Source: Laetmonice hystrix (taxonomy: Eukaryota). From it: a DNA stretch of 64,000 nucleotides. The number at the start of each line of letters is the position of its first letter. Positions within the stretch are counted from its first letter, which is position 1. The position numbers and the translations under genes are program-made. Shown in pieces: positions 54,201 through 61,879 of this stretch. The notes below the pieces were generated by a model that made no database searches, was not told the DNA's origin, and saw only the letters and a program-made list of their open reading frames with translations. The stretch lies in the NCBI GenBank assembly GCA_965235115.1, contig OZ249440.1:2790001-2854000 (forward strand), given 5' to 3'.

Positions 54201-57200
54201 TTATTTTTTTTACTTGGACTCTCCTTTATTGGTACATTGTTTTATCTTTACGTGATATATACAGCTAGGCCTATGTCGACTGTAAAAATAAAATGTTATT
54301 ATTTAATTTTTAAATTGTTAATAATCATGCTTGTATTATGTACATGTGCAGTTATATTTTGACAGCTAGATTCGACAGGCTGTGTCTAGGCTGCCGTCAG
54401 TCACGATGTGCAGTTATATTTTGACGGCTAGATTCGACAGGCTGTGTCCAGGCTGCCGTCAGTCACGATAACCAGATATCTACGATCATGCTACTTGGTG
54501 GTTAGTCCTAGTCTGAACACCTCGGGTGAACACTCATGAACCGGGTGAACACTCATGAACTGTCTCCGATGAGCTCAGACTTCCCATGGAAAACATTTCA
54601 ATCAGCAGCTTTGGTCATGATGTCTTTGGATAAACTGTTCTTTAGGTTTCTTTTCACAGACGACATAGATCTGTAGTTTCTGGATACTTGGATATTTATA
54701 CTGTATATTGTATACTGTACATTGTATATTCTATATTGATACTGTATATTTTATAGTGTATATTCTATACTGTAGATAGTATACTCTATATTATGTCAGT
54801 TTATGCCCTTGTGAGACATCTCGTTGTTTTTATAGATCAAAATGAATAAAGTTTGTTGTTGTTACCTATAAAGATAATCATGGACCGAGTTCCAAAAGTT
54901 TTATGTAATGTGTTTGATAAACAGAACAGCAAAACAAGGATGTTAATACTGAAGAGAACCTCTATGTACAAGCAAGCACTGTTAGATCGAGCAGACCGCC
55001 ACAGTTGAAGGTTGGAGGAGTTGTTTCTGGGTAGGTTGGAGAGTTTGGAGCCTGCACCATGCCCGGACCAAGTCCTAAACCCTGACGGTTTGAAACCAAC
55101 AACCTTAAGATCTAGGATAAAGAAGCTCGGCAGAGTGAGAAACGCCAGAATCCAGCAAGACATGTTGTGTGCGTCTTCGCTCTCACAATAACCGTCTCTG
55201 GTCTGGACAGGTCCCTCTGGTGGCGAAGATGGGTACCAACCTGGCCACCTTGCGGCGGTGCCTGGCGTGCCAAGTTGGGGTCGCTAGGGCGGTAGGCGTT
55301 GGGACCGTAGGCGTAGCCTCCCGGTATGGGTGACGTGGGCCCACCGTACACCTGGTGACTTCTATCATACACCTGGTGATCACACCCAGACACACGCACA
55401 CACCCGCGTGCAATATCAACCAGGTATGCAACATATGCAAACAGAACACAGTGCAGCTTGTGTGCGTCCACACAGCTAAATCAAGATCTAGACTCCTACA
55501 ACTAGCACACGTGACGAGCTTACTCTGGCTTGCTGTGTGGAGATTAAATCATGGACATGTATTCTCAGGGTCATGCAGATAAACCCAGGTACAAGGAAAA
55601 TTATTATTGACTTTTGGGAAATGTTCTGATTGTGTTGATAAAATGAAATGACTAGTGAGAATAAAAAGAAATACAAGTAAATAACTACAAATGTAATTTT
55701 TGTAAAGGGAATTTTTAAAAAGGTATCTTCATCGTTGTATTTAAATGGTCCTCGAAGCGGACAAAGTGTGAAAACATTATGTATACAACACACTCTGAGG
55801 TAATGGTGCACACAACCGCTGTGAATACATGTACAATGTTTTCTTTAGAATATTGGTATTTGTTTGTTATCTATTCTCAACAAACAAAACCTACAAGTGT
55901 TAAATTATATTTAGTTACATTATTCTAAGTAAAGGTGCCATTCAATAATATAAGGTTAGCGTCGATCACCAATCTTTGTTAAAATCAAACAGAAATTATT
56001 TGATGTAACAGAAGATTGCATTATGTGCATAAAATCATAACCTTAAATCTCTAAAGGAAATGTTTTACTTGGTGCAAATCAACACACAGAAGATAAGTTT
56101 TAATTTACTAGATTTTGTCAAAACACGATATCATATCTAGTGCTTTTTCATATCCTACATGCAGATCAATGCTATAGCTATGTTTGATAAATATATGATA
56201 TCATGAACCTCAGCATGAGATGCTAAAAAATTAGTTGAGTCCATCTCGGTTGGGTCAGAGTGAGATTTTTGTCAGAGAAATTCGAAGGTGTTTTTGAAAT
56301 ACTACTCAAAGTGCTGCACTGCAAAAGACGACTCAAACAAAAACTCAATATAAGGAAATCAAAATGATTAACAGAATTGTTACAAATTCTGAACTTTTTA
56401 ACTGATTTCCTTTCTTTCAAAAATTTTAATGAGCTGAAAGTTTCGAAACAAAAAGGGTTAACAAAACAGACACAAAAGGTTTTAAAAAGGAAGTGTTCTG
56501 TTTAGCTACTTCTGCTGGGTACCTGAAAACTGAAATAGAAAGAAAATCACCATCTTTATACTGGAGGGGGTCTGGGGTACAACGAGGCCCTTGTACAGGT
56601 AGTGCAGCGTCTATGTTTCACTCACCTGTTTTCCTGGAGGACCTGAGCGGCTGTAGTCTCCTGGTTGGCTGGCGTACTGACTCCCAGCGAACTGTCCCGC
56701 CATTGGATCAGCTGAGGTGCCAAACGTTACGTCCTGTCTGTCGAAAACTTGTCCGTACATGAGGTTAGGGTCGCGATCGGTGTAGGCGACCAGGTATTGA
56801 CACATGTGTGTGAACGTGTCACCCTCTTTGTCTGGTTCGTTAGCGTAGACCTCCAGACCGTACTCACCACGAGCTGGGAGTAGTACCGTCACGTAGATAC
56901 GGTTGTCTTGTTCACGTACGTTCACTGCCCTCTCCAGGGTGTCCTCATCCATGTTCTCCTTGTTGAGACGAGCGTAGAGCCTGACTGGGCGTGACTTCTC
57001 GAAGGACACCTCAGCACGGCCATTGGGTGCGAGTAGGATGGCACTCTCCTGGGAGGGTGTGAGACCATACTGACGGACCGGAGCTCCAGGACCCCAGTTA
57101 GAGTCCGAGCATTGCGGGTATGGATGTATGTCTCCTGCTGCCTGGTCACAGACAATCTTGTACTCACATGTCGCCTTGAATACATTCTCCACCTTGATAC

Positions 57201-58652
57201 GGTCCCCGACCTGCTGCGCGAAGATGGTCAGGTAGTAATTGCCCTCACGTGGTGCCCGGAAGTAGAACGATACACGTCCGTCAGCTGTCTCCTGGATGAT
57301 GTACCGTTTGAGACTGACCCCTTGGATGTTCTCCACCATCGCGTCACCGTATCCCAGTTTGAAGGTAAACGCTGCCATCTTGGTGTATCCAAGATGGAGT
57401 GCCAGGATTCCCTTGTTGGTATACATGACGCCCTGTTCCATGCCAATAAACTTCATACCCACCGTGAAGAAGTACGACTTGACGAGCGGGTAATCCTCAA
57501 AGTCGCCATGGGTTCGCGATGGGTAGAGAAGTTGCCATGTGGGATCTTCAGGACAGTGAGAGTAGCCGAGATGTTGTGGTTCCGGGATGAAGTAGAAGTC
57601 GTCATACTCGTAGACAAGGTTTTCTGGCGTGTTCCGTTCTGACTGGAGGTAGCGGGTCGCCCAGTGGCTGTCCACTAACTGCCAGTTTCCGTCGATAAAG
57701 ACAGCGTTCCAGCTGTGGTTGATTGGGCCCGAGGTGATGGGAGATCCAGGGCGGTACTCAACCCCCTTCGCCCAACCTGACAGCGTCACGCACGGCAACC
57801 CGGCATAGCTGTAGGTAACAAACATTCAACAGGTCATCAATATAGCGATTTTGATTTTAACCAATAATTGTTTTTTATCTTTTCAAAAACCTTAAGACTA
57901 CTCACTTAAGATGGGACGGTTTGAGAACAACTGATCCGCTACTTTTATTAAGTTACCATTAAGTCATGCATCTTAAAGGGAAATGTGAGTGTTCAAAGCG
58001 CCACCTAGTGAGTCGCGTTGGTACCACTGTGGAAATATGAGTATTCAAAGCGCCGCGTACTGAGCTTTAACAGAAAAATGGTTGGCTTATTTATGCAGTC
58101 AACTACTTTGATGTGGAAATCAGATCTTAGAAAGCCTTTATCTATTTAGAATATTGTGGCTATATCTTTGTACGGTATCACAGTTAGTACCTCGCAAGGC
58201 ATTCAAAGATGCGGGCGTATGTGGTCTTGCCGTCCTTAAAACCGTCGATGATTTGTTCGGGAGAGCCAGGCAGCAGGCTGTCGAACATGATCGTGTACAT
58301 ATTCTTGGTGGTCATCCATCGGAAAATGGTTCTGAAGGGGAAAAAATGACATTAGTAGAGTACAAACACACTTTGAGGCCAATACGGGATCACTGAACTC
58401 ACCTAAATGTCTCAATCTCTGACAACACCGTGCTAAACATCTGACCTTGCCGAGTATTTAAAAAGAGATAACTTTTCTCTGATGTCCAGTAAAAGGATTA
58501 ACCCATTTTTTTACGCTGCACGTGTTACTTTGATGTCTATTTCTATGACGACAGGGTCACACTGACCTTGCTTTCTCAAGGTCGTTGAAGTTCTTGCGAT
58601 GGATCAGGTTCCAGATGAGATCCCGGAAGGCGCGATAGTTTGTCCTTGCCTC
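10496..58652 (-). CDS. Hillarin/kyphoscoliosis-peptidase (KY)/LTD-1-like protein with two transglutaminase-like + Ig-like modules; whole-gene model, 5' end unresolved
   Basis: Phase-consistent GT-AG chain: 58567-58652, 58191-58331, 56626-57808, nine cassette-type exons (55372 to 45988), 44572-44700, 37996-38152, 13085-13347, 12752-12840, 12424-12564, 10496-12245. Total 5034 nt with no internal stop. Two adjacent paralogous genes are less likely because module 1 has no stop and splices in frame onward. Confidence 0.78.
12424..12564 (-). CDS. 141-nt exon of module 2 (AIFLWLCSK...RGQTTYAVVFETLC)
   Basis: ttctcag| acceptor, AG|gtatg donor, phase 2-2; homologous to 58191-58331. Confidence 0.88.
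12752..12840 (-). CDS. 89-nt exon of module 2 (VSKEQHSSFRDLVWHLIYARDITNELEKA)
   Basis: aacag| acceptor, AG|gtgagt donor, phase 0-2; homologous to 58567-58652; not in the ORF track. Confidence 0.85.
13085..13347 (-). CDS. Pro-rich exon preceding module 2 (TAPGG...PPPVPPKPFKDTDVFKNVDTHAVE)
   Basis: ttttccag| acceptor (phase 1), GAG|gtaggc donor (phase 0); 263 nt. Confidence 0.8.
14329..14682. repeat. 52-bp tandem repeat (~7 copies)
   Basis: Unit atacgttcacctccccatcaagttatttctctgagagagcggttccgggccc. Confidence 0.95.
17614..17747. repeat. 21-bp minisatellite
   Basis: caccaggcagcagtggcactg repeated ~5-6 times with decay. Confidence 0.85.
19101..19193 (-). CDS. Candidate phase 1-1 cassette exon (or alternative terminal exon to TAA at 19060) of the hillarin-like gene
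   Basis: Long polypyrimidine tract ending ccctttcag|; reads (G)SQGVTEVKDAAGGASPGSTKKTGMRTSRSY; weak A|gtaaca donor; phase matches the host intron. Confidence 0.35.
21689..22095. repeat. Compound minisatellite: 25-bp units grading into 29-bp units
   Basis: gctcagtcgttgtactgtgttgtaa x~7, then ggatacctcagtcgttgtgcagtgttaaa x~5; shared core ctcagtcgttgt. Confidence 0.9.
25023..25158. mobile_element. Short palindromic MITE-like element
   Basis: ~30-bp arms agacctggttcacattccagtcggcgactg / cagtcggcgactggagtgtgaaccagacct; no clean TSD. Confidence 0.55.
25742..26679. mobile_element. Palindromic CAGGGCC-type MITE whose centre is expanded into a 36/41-bp satellite
   Basis: Arms cagggcctcgttctcaaatactgaa / ttcagtatttaagaagatggccctg with inner cttaagct motifs; related unexpanded elements at 41378-41522, 45515-45648 and 58781-58962. 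Confidence 0.7.
25794..26621. repeat. 36/41-bp satellite (~21 copies)
   Basis: ttctgactggctggttgcag(tagacc/cc/caggcc)attcaatcagaaggt; each unit has TTCTGA...TCAGAA inverted ends. Confidence 0.95.
27297..27485. repeat. 27-bp minisatellite (7 copies)
   Basis: agtgccctgaaacaggtgcc(a/c)tctagc; source of the ALKQVPSSS ORF. Confidence 0.95.
27692..28879. repeat. ~29-bp C-rich/G-rich satellite (~40 copies), G-quadruplex-prone
   Basis: ccacacaccctgcccactccgcccccacc variants; source of the Pro/His-rich and Gly/Trp-rich ORFs in all frames. Confidence 0.95.
29266..29445. repeat. Degenerate ~25-bp minisatellite
   Basis: attcctaaactcct(c/t)tccctggagg repeated ~6 times. Confidence 0.75.
29473..30421. 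repeat. 98-bp satellite (~9.7 copies)
   Basis: catttagagtaaagcaatcaaagattcacacctcacagctaccacaatg...catcacccctggcgt, period 98 (29473, 29571, 29669). Confidence 0.95.
30498..30779. repeat. 35-bp minisatellite (8 copies)
   Basis: attacagttcactaacccacccacactctggcgtc. Confidence 0.95.
32933..33393. repeat. 117-bp tandem repeat (~4 copies)
   Basis: aacttgtaaacgcccgttctgtccgtagtgccgactgtcaatgc... period 117; source of the 39-aa periodic ORFs. Confidence 0.95.
34978..35474. repeat. 46-bp tandem repeat (~11 copies)
   Basis: ggttgtctgcaggtcaggctcctcaccttcactgaaacctatcatt. Confidence 0.95.
37996..38152 (-). CDS. Pro-rich linker exon of the hillarin-like gene (VTTRMEAVTVSGKKAPPPTAPKPGR...QAGP)
   Basis: gccactag| acceptor (phase 0), CCAG|gtcagt donor (phase 1), which joins 13347 in frame. 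Confidence 0.78.
38220..38804. repeat. 60-bp satellite (~10 copies); last unit split by an insertion and resumes at 40373-40395
   Basis: aaatcgtgtcgggaacggacctactcgggtttatagagaaacaaggacggataaataccg; source of the 20-aa periodic ORFs on both strands. Confidence 0.95.
38800..40372 (+). mobile_element. Non-autonomous Helitron/Helentron-type (HINE-like) element, ~1.57 kb
   Basis: Starts (a)acaag; 5' tatagccccca is inverted relative to 3' tgggggcta; 3' hairpin agcccccc-gttgt-gggggct; (GGAC)n microsatellite at ~40295-40340; internal ~460-bp duplicated core (39381/39844). Excision restores the satellite unit exactly. Confidence 0.75.
41378..41522. mobile_element. Palindromic CAGGGCC-type MITE (unexpanded)
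   Basis: Arms ctgggtccagtccctcaaaactt / aagtttaaggaaccgggccctg; central hairpin tctgattggttgg...ccagccaatcaga. Confidence 0.65.
42241..42327 (-). CDS. Candidate alternative first coding exon for a short, module-2-only isoform
   Basis: ATG-initiated MDAMRSLVMGRDVRLSRLAANKTCQAPDQ with CAG|gtgtgc phase-0 donor compatible with exon 38152; CpG-rich surroundings. Confidence 0.3.
44572..44700 (-). CDS. 129-nt phase-0 exon (VTETATKEWDGNMLTEQRTREEVEMTASEDGTEQTFRQETTTQ)
   Basis: Strong polypyrimidine tract ending gttgctag|, CAG|gtaccc donor; not in the ORF track; Thr/Glu-rich and continues naturally into VTTRME. Confidence 0.75.
45163..45446. repeat. 57-bp tandem repeat (~5 copies)
   Basis: gctggatgggtcaagcgttcgttaataaatctgtacacggtaaccatggtaaccgtt. 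Confidence 0.92.
45515..45648. mobile_element. Palindromic CAGGGCC-type MITE
   Basis: cagggcccggtttttaaaagatt ... atctttacaaatcgtgccctg; central ttctgattggttgg...cagccaatcgaa. Confidence 0.6.
45988..46104 (-). CDS. Array exon 9 (117 nt): QLGRQDEAEGPPMSPVDGLWAHTRSAGPGVEVTGPSGEQ
   Basis: accacag| acceptor, CAG|gttggc donor, phase 0-0; divergent member. Confidence 0.65.
47563..47688 (-). CDS. Array exon 8 (126 nt): QYDQYGEANLAPLSPSSGAFAATQYGRRSDDRTAMSPHQQTQ
   Basis: ctactgccag| acceptor, CAG|gttggc donor, phase 0-0. Confidence 0.8.
48054..48176 (-). CDS. Array exon 7 (123 nt): QYDQYGESNRGVTSPMFGQFDGGQFGRQTDDKSLNRPPGSQ
   Basis: atcgtag| acceptor, CAG|gtgggc donor, phase 0-0. Confidence 0.82.
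48277..48654. mobile_element. MITE with CAGGG termini between array exons
   Basis: Perfect 12-bp TIRs cagggtgtcaag / cttgacaccctg; flanks taatta / caatta (6-bp TSD, one mismatch); internal aaaaatagga repeats. Confidence 0.75.
48944..49066 (-). CDS. Array exon 6 (123 nt): QYDQYDESGRGPTSPLYGQFAGSQYGRQPGDKSLNRPPGSQ
   Basis: tttcaacaccag| acceptor, CAG|gttggc donor, phase 0-0. Confidence 0.85.
49305..49427 (-). CDS. Array exon 5 (123 nt): QYDQYDESSRDPSSPMYGQFAGRQYGRQPGDKSLTRPHGSQ
   Basis: cttttgttgccag| acceptor, CAG|gttggc donor, phase 0-0. Confidence 0.85.
49664..49786 (-). CDS. Array exon 4 (123 nt): QYNQYGELQAGFTSPLAGKMGRNDFAGQGDSRFHFRPQGSQ
   Basis: gatctctatag| acceptor, CAG|gtttga donor, phase 0-0. 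Confidence 0.78.
51476..51577 (-). CDS. Array exon 3 (102 nt): EYSGATEAGPTSPTSPGFTGGHYPALRGGPMSKQ
   Basis: tttgttactgtcctaccag| acceptor, CAG|gtctgc donor, phase 0-0; shares the GPTSP motif. Confidence 0.68.
51617..51744. repeat. 21-bp minisatellite (6 copies)
   Basis: catggcctgcgacctcccgac. Confidence 0.92.
52910..53035. repeat. ~30-bp degenerate minisatellite (~4 copies)
   Basis: gtagtatacatgtagtgtacactgtcaggg variants. Confidence 0.75.
53925..54050 (-). CDS. Array exon 2 (126 nt): VYGGADERYGPGAAPIAGQYAAPQYGATPGGQTRLAAGPGTQ
   Basis: cgggcag| acceptor (weak tract), CAG|gtgtga donor, phase 0-0; AGQYAAPQYG is homologous to AGQFAGSQYA/GQFAGSQYG. Confidence 0.72.
55241..55372 (-). CDS. Array exon 1 (132 nt; alternative acceptor gives 111 nt from 55351): VYDRSHQVYGGPTSPIPGGYAYGPNAYRPSDPNLARQAPPQGGQ
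   Basis: Two in-frame caccag| acceptors, CAG|gttggt donor, phase 0-0. Confidence 0.7.
56626..57808 (-). CDS. Large exon: TG-like core of module 1, two Ig-like repeats and the first linker repeat
   Basis: cctacag| acceptor (phase 2); SYAGLPCVTLSGWAKG...HSWNAVFIDGNWQLVDSHW...GNYYLTIFA...GEYGLEVYA; ends DPMAGQFAGSQYASQPGDYSRSGPPGKQ|gtgagt (phase 0). Confidence 0.92.
58191..58331 (-). CDS. 141-nt exon of module 1 (TIFRWMTTKN...KDGKTTYARIFECLA)
   Basis: ttttttccccttcag| acceptor, AG|gtacta donor, phase 2-2; not in the ORF track. Confidence 0.88.
58567..58652 (-). CDS. 86-nt exon of module 1 (EARTNYRAFRDLIWNLIHRKNFNDLEKA)
   Basis: tgtgttccag| acceptor, AG|gtcagt donor, phase 0-2. Confidence 0.85.
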
Positions 58653-58780
58653 CTGGAACACATGAAACAGGACGAATTGATGAAATCTTCCAGACTTTAT
58701 GGCATGTAGATCCCCCAAGGTGGCACTTACCACTACTTACAGCACACAAACCGGGCCCAGACCTCCACCACAACTCACCC

Positions 58781-58962
58781 CTGGCCCCGGTTTTTAGTTC
58801 GTCATTTTACCAATCTTAAGACTGAAATTTGAAGATTGAATTGTGTTATAGTCTCTCCGTGGCTGACTTCATTTCAAGGACCGATCAGAAGCTCTGAAAC
58901 AAGAGTTTAGTCTTAAGATTTAAATCTTAAGACTCGGTTTGCAAACTAAAAACCAGGGCCTG
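58781..58962. mobile_element. Palindromic MITE-like element
   Basis: Arms ctggccccggtttttagtt / aactaaaaaccagggcctg match 17/19; internal tcttaaga motifs. Confidence 0.6.
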
Positions 58963-59342
58963 GCCCTGCCCTTGGCCCTACCCCTACCCCTACCCGTGCC
59001 CCTGTTCCACACCCGTACCCCTCATTCCGTGGGTACCCTGGGGGTATAACCCTGTGACACGCCACTGACAGAGTCCATGTTTGGGACTGTGTATTAGGCG
59101 TGGAAGGTTGGAGATAGGAAACCTTTGTACATACCAATACTGTGTGTCCACAAATCTAACAATAAATCTAACAATGTACACTGTGGCCAATATCAACTCA
59201 GACTGCCAACATGGCATGTGGAGTAGGACTGTTATCAATATTTCATACCAAGCTTTGGTTAACACGTTCAGTTATTTGGACTGTACAATTAGCGATGATA
59301 AGATTCCGTTTTTCTCATAGTTGCACCCATTTCCTAACTCAC

Positions 59343-59389
59343 CACATATATGGATCCCGTCGGGATGGGGGATGATGTACCTTGAAAAC
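59343..59389 (-). CDS. Candidate 47-nt upstream exon of the hillarin-like gene
   Basis: ttatttcttag| acceptor and strong GTG|gtgagt donor; (G)FQGTSSPIPTGSIYV if phase 1-0, but all three frames are open. Confidence 0.4.
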
Positions 59390-59555
59390 CTAAGAAATAA
59401 ACGTCCCTACCCTGCACATAGAGTTCTCTGAATGGACATTGTTAGACCCAGATTGTTCCCCTGGGCCTCCTCCCCTCCCATTTATAACATCCTTTCTCTG
59501 TTCCTGTTTACTGTAAGATTTACTGAGGCTGTCCTATATCAGCCTGTAATACTTA

Positions 59556-59746
59556 CAGGCTTTCCTGGAGATTTTCGACTTTTGGGGGAATCCTGCGAGT
59601 TGGGGGGGGGGGGGCGAAGAGTAATGCAAAATATTTGCCCCAGGAATTTTTTTTTTTGGGGGGGGGGGGAGCTGAATGATGGGGGAGAGTCCCCCCCCAA
59701 AAAAAAAAATAAAAATAAAAAAATAAAGGGCCTGCAGGAAACCCTG
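59556..59746. mobile_element. MITE with CAGG termini, probable 5-bp TSD
   Basis: caggctttcctggag / ctgcaggaaaccctg match 13/15; flanks actta / accta; TIR resembles the 1427-1644 element. Confidence 0.6.
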
Positions 59747-60398
59747 ACCTATCTAGATGAGGGACCCCCCCCCCCCAGCCTTTAATCAAGTCCATTTTTC
59801 CCAGTCCAAGTACTAACTTCTGCAGCCTTCCCAAGTATTACGTGTACTGTACTAGGTGATGTGCCTGCTGAGCACTCTCCGTTAAAGAAGATCAGTTTTT
59901 GTATCCATGTAGTTCACGCATTCCAATAATTACTCCACAGACAACAATATTTCAACCTCAACTGGCAGTGGGCCACATCAGATAATGTTCTACTGCCAGG
60001 ACTTTACAATAATAATAACCTGTCACTGACCTACATATAACTACGCTGGATCCGGGCCTAAATTCCTACCCTTTATTAGGTCAACTCAGTACATTGTACT
60101 TCCCAATCAGAATACGGAATGACAGTCAGAATTTTACTAGGACGGACGTATAATGCAATTAGCGACTTTTATATACGTAAAGATTAAAACATGAACTTTT
60201 TTTACTCATCTCCAGTCTGAACCTTTTTCCCCAATATCAGATATAGATTCAGGAAAAATGTGTATTTTGCATGTACATATAGTTCTGCTAAGTGGGACTA
60301 TTACAACTGAATATAGACGACAGAGGCAGTGACGTCAGTGAACGGCAATAAGTCATTCATTCACGATCCGTAAACCCAACAGTTCCTGTAGCTGACAC

Positions 60399-60480
60399 CT
60401 GGGGGCAGCACGGGTTCGACCTCCGGGTTGATGACATGGTGGTCACTGGCCCTGGTCTCACTGGTCAAGATGTCACAGAC
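60399..60480 (-). CDS. Candidate 82-nt upstream exon (VCDILTSETRASDHHVINPEVEPVLPP)
   Basis: cacgttctgtcag| acceptor, CCAG|gtgtca donor; phase 0-1 chains in frame with 59389 and 58652. No homology support. Confidence 0.35.
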
Positions 60481-60534
60481 CTGACAGAACGTGATGGTGG
60501 GGGGCTCTGGATGGGGGCACCACGGCATGCTAGA

Positions 60535-61012
60535 GGCCAGCCACGACATACGTCAGAACGTGATGGTGGGGGGCTCTGGATGGGGGCACCATAACCCCAT
60601 CAAACCCCCCGGAGGTCAGCCACGACATACGACCAGAGATAACCCAGGGGTCTGTAGGTAATCCCCCATCAGGACCCCTGGAGGCCAGCCACGACATACG
60701 ACCAGATATGACCCAGGGGTCTGTAGGTAATCCCCCATCAGGACCCCTGGAGGCCAGCCACGACATACGACCAGAGATGACCCAGGGGTCTGTAAGGTAA
60801 TCCCCCATCAGGACCCCTGGAGGTCAGCCACGACATACGACTTGATATGACCCAGGGGTCTATAGGTAATACCCCATTAGGACCCCTGGAGGCCAGCCAC
60901 GACATACCACCAGAGATGACCCAGGGGTCTGTAGGTAACCCCCCATCAGGACCCCTGGAGGCCAGCCACGACATACAACCAGAGATGATCTGTAGGTAAT
61001 CCCCCATCAGGC
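60535..61012. repeat. 69-bp tandem repeat (~7 copies)
   Basis: ccacgacatacgaccagagatgacccaggggtctgtaggtaatcccccatcaggacccctggaggccag. Confidence 0.92.
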
Positions 61013-61879
61013 CCCCTGGAGAATGGTCAGTCCCCACGGGTGCCGTGCCACACACCAACAAGGGGTCTCAAGCCACGGAACGACCAGTGACAAACTAGGT
61101 CAGAAAAGGCCATTTTTATTCCTTTTCTGTGGAGAAAATCTTTGATTGTTCATCTTCAGCACTGTCATAACGATGACGCTATGCTTTTTGTATCTGAGAC
61201 GGACCTCTCTACTGACTGAACACCACCACCCTATCTGTAGTCATATGGCTATTCTCTCCTGTATTTATAAATACATTGTACCCACAGCCCCTTCAACTGT
61301 TGTTGAAAACATTCATTCATTCATTCATTCATTCATTCACACCTGGTATCCATCCAAGGTGTGTAGTTCGTTGGTCAATGTATTTTGTAATGTATACGAC
61401 TGAGATCGACTGACATGTGACTTATTTAGAAGGGAAACGTTGGGATCTGATCCAATAGTGGCAGACAGTATCAAATAGTTGCCTCTGGTATCTGATTCTC
61501 CATGGTAACGGAGAGATGTCGAGCTGTTTCCACCCTGATCACCCGGCGGGCTTGACCTCTGACCTGTGACCTCTGACCTGAGGCCCACATCCCGACATAA
61601 ACCGAGTTGTGTTGTATATCAGAGTTGTGAGTGTCTGTGTGAGATAGCCAGGGAGATCGAAGAATGGGTGGGTGGGTGGGGGTGTTACGGGATGGGTTGC
61701 GGGGTAAACCACACGGTACCCCCTCTGACAGACGCTGGGGGTAGGTTAGGATGAAGGAGTGGGTTGGCGTGGCAAAACTAGGGGCCGGGGTGGGGTGGGG
61801 TGGGGGTGGGTGGGGGTGGGGTGGGGTCATGTAAGTAGTGGACCAGTCACTCCCCTTTACTAAAACAAAGACTGACCAA

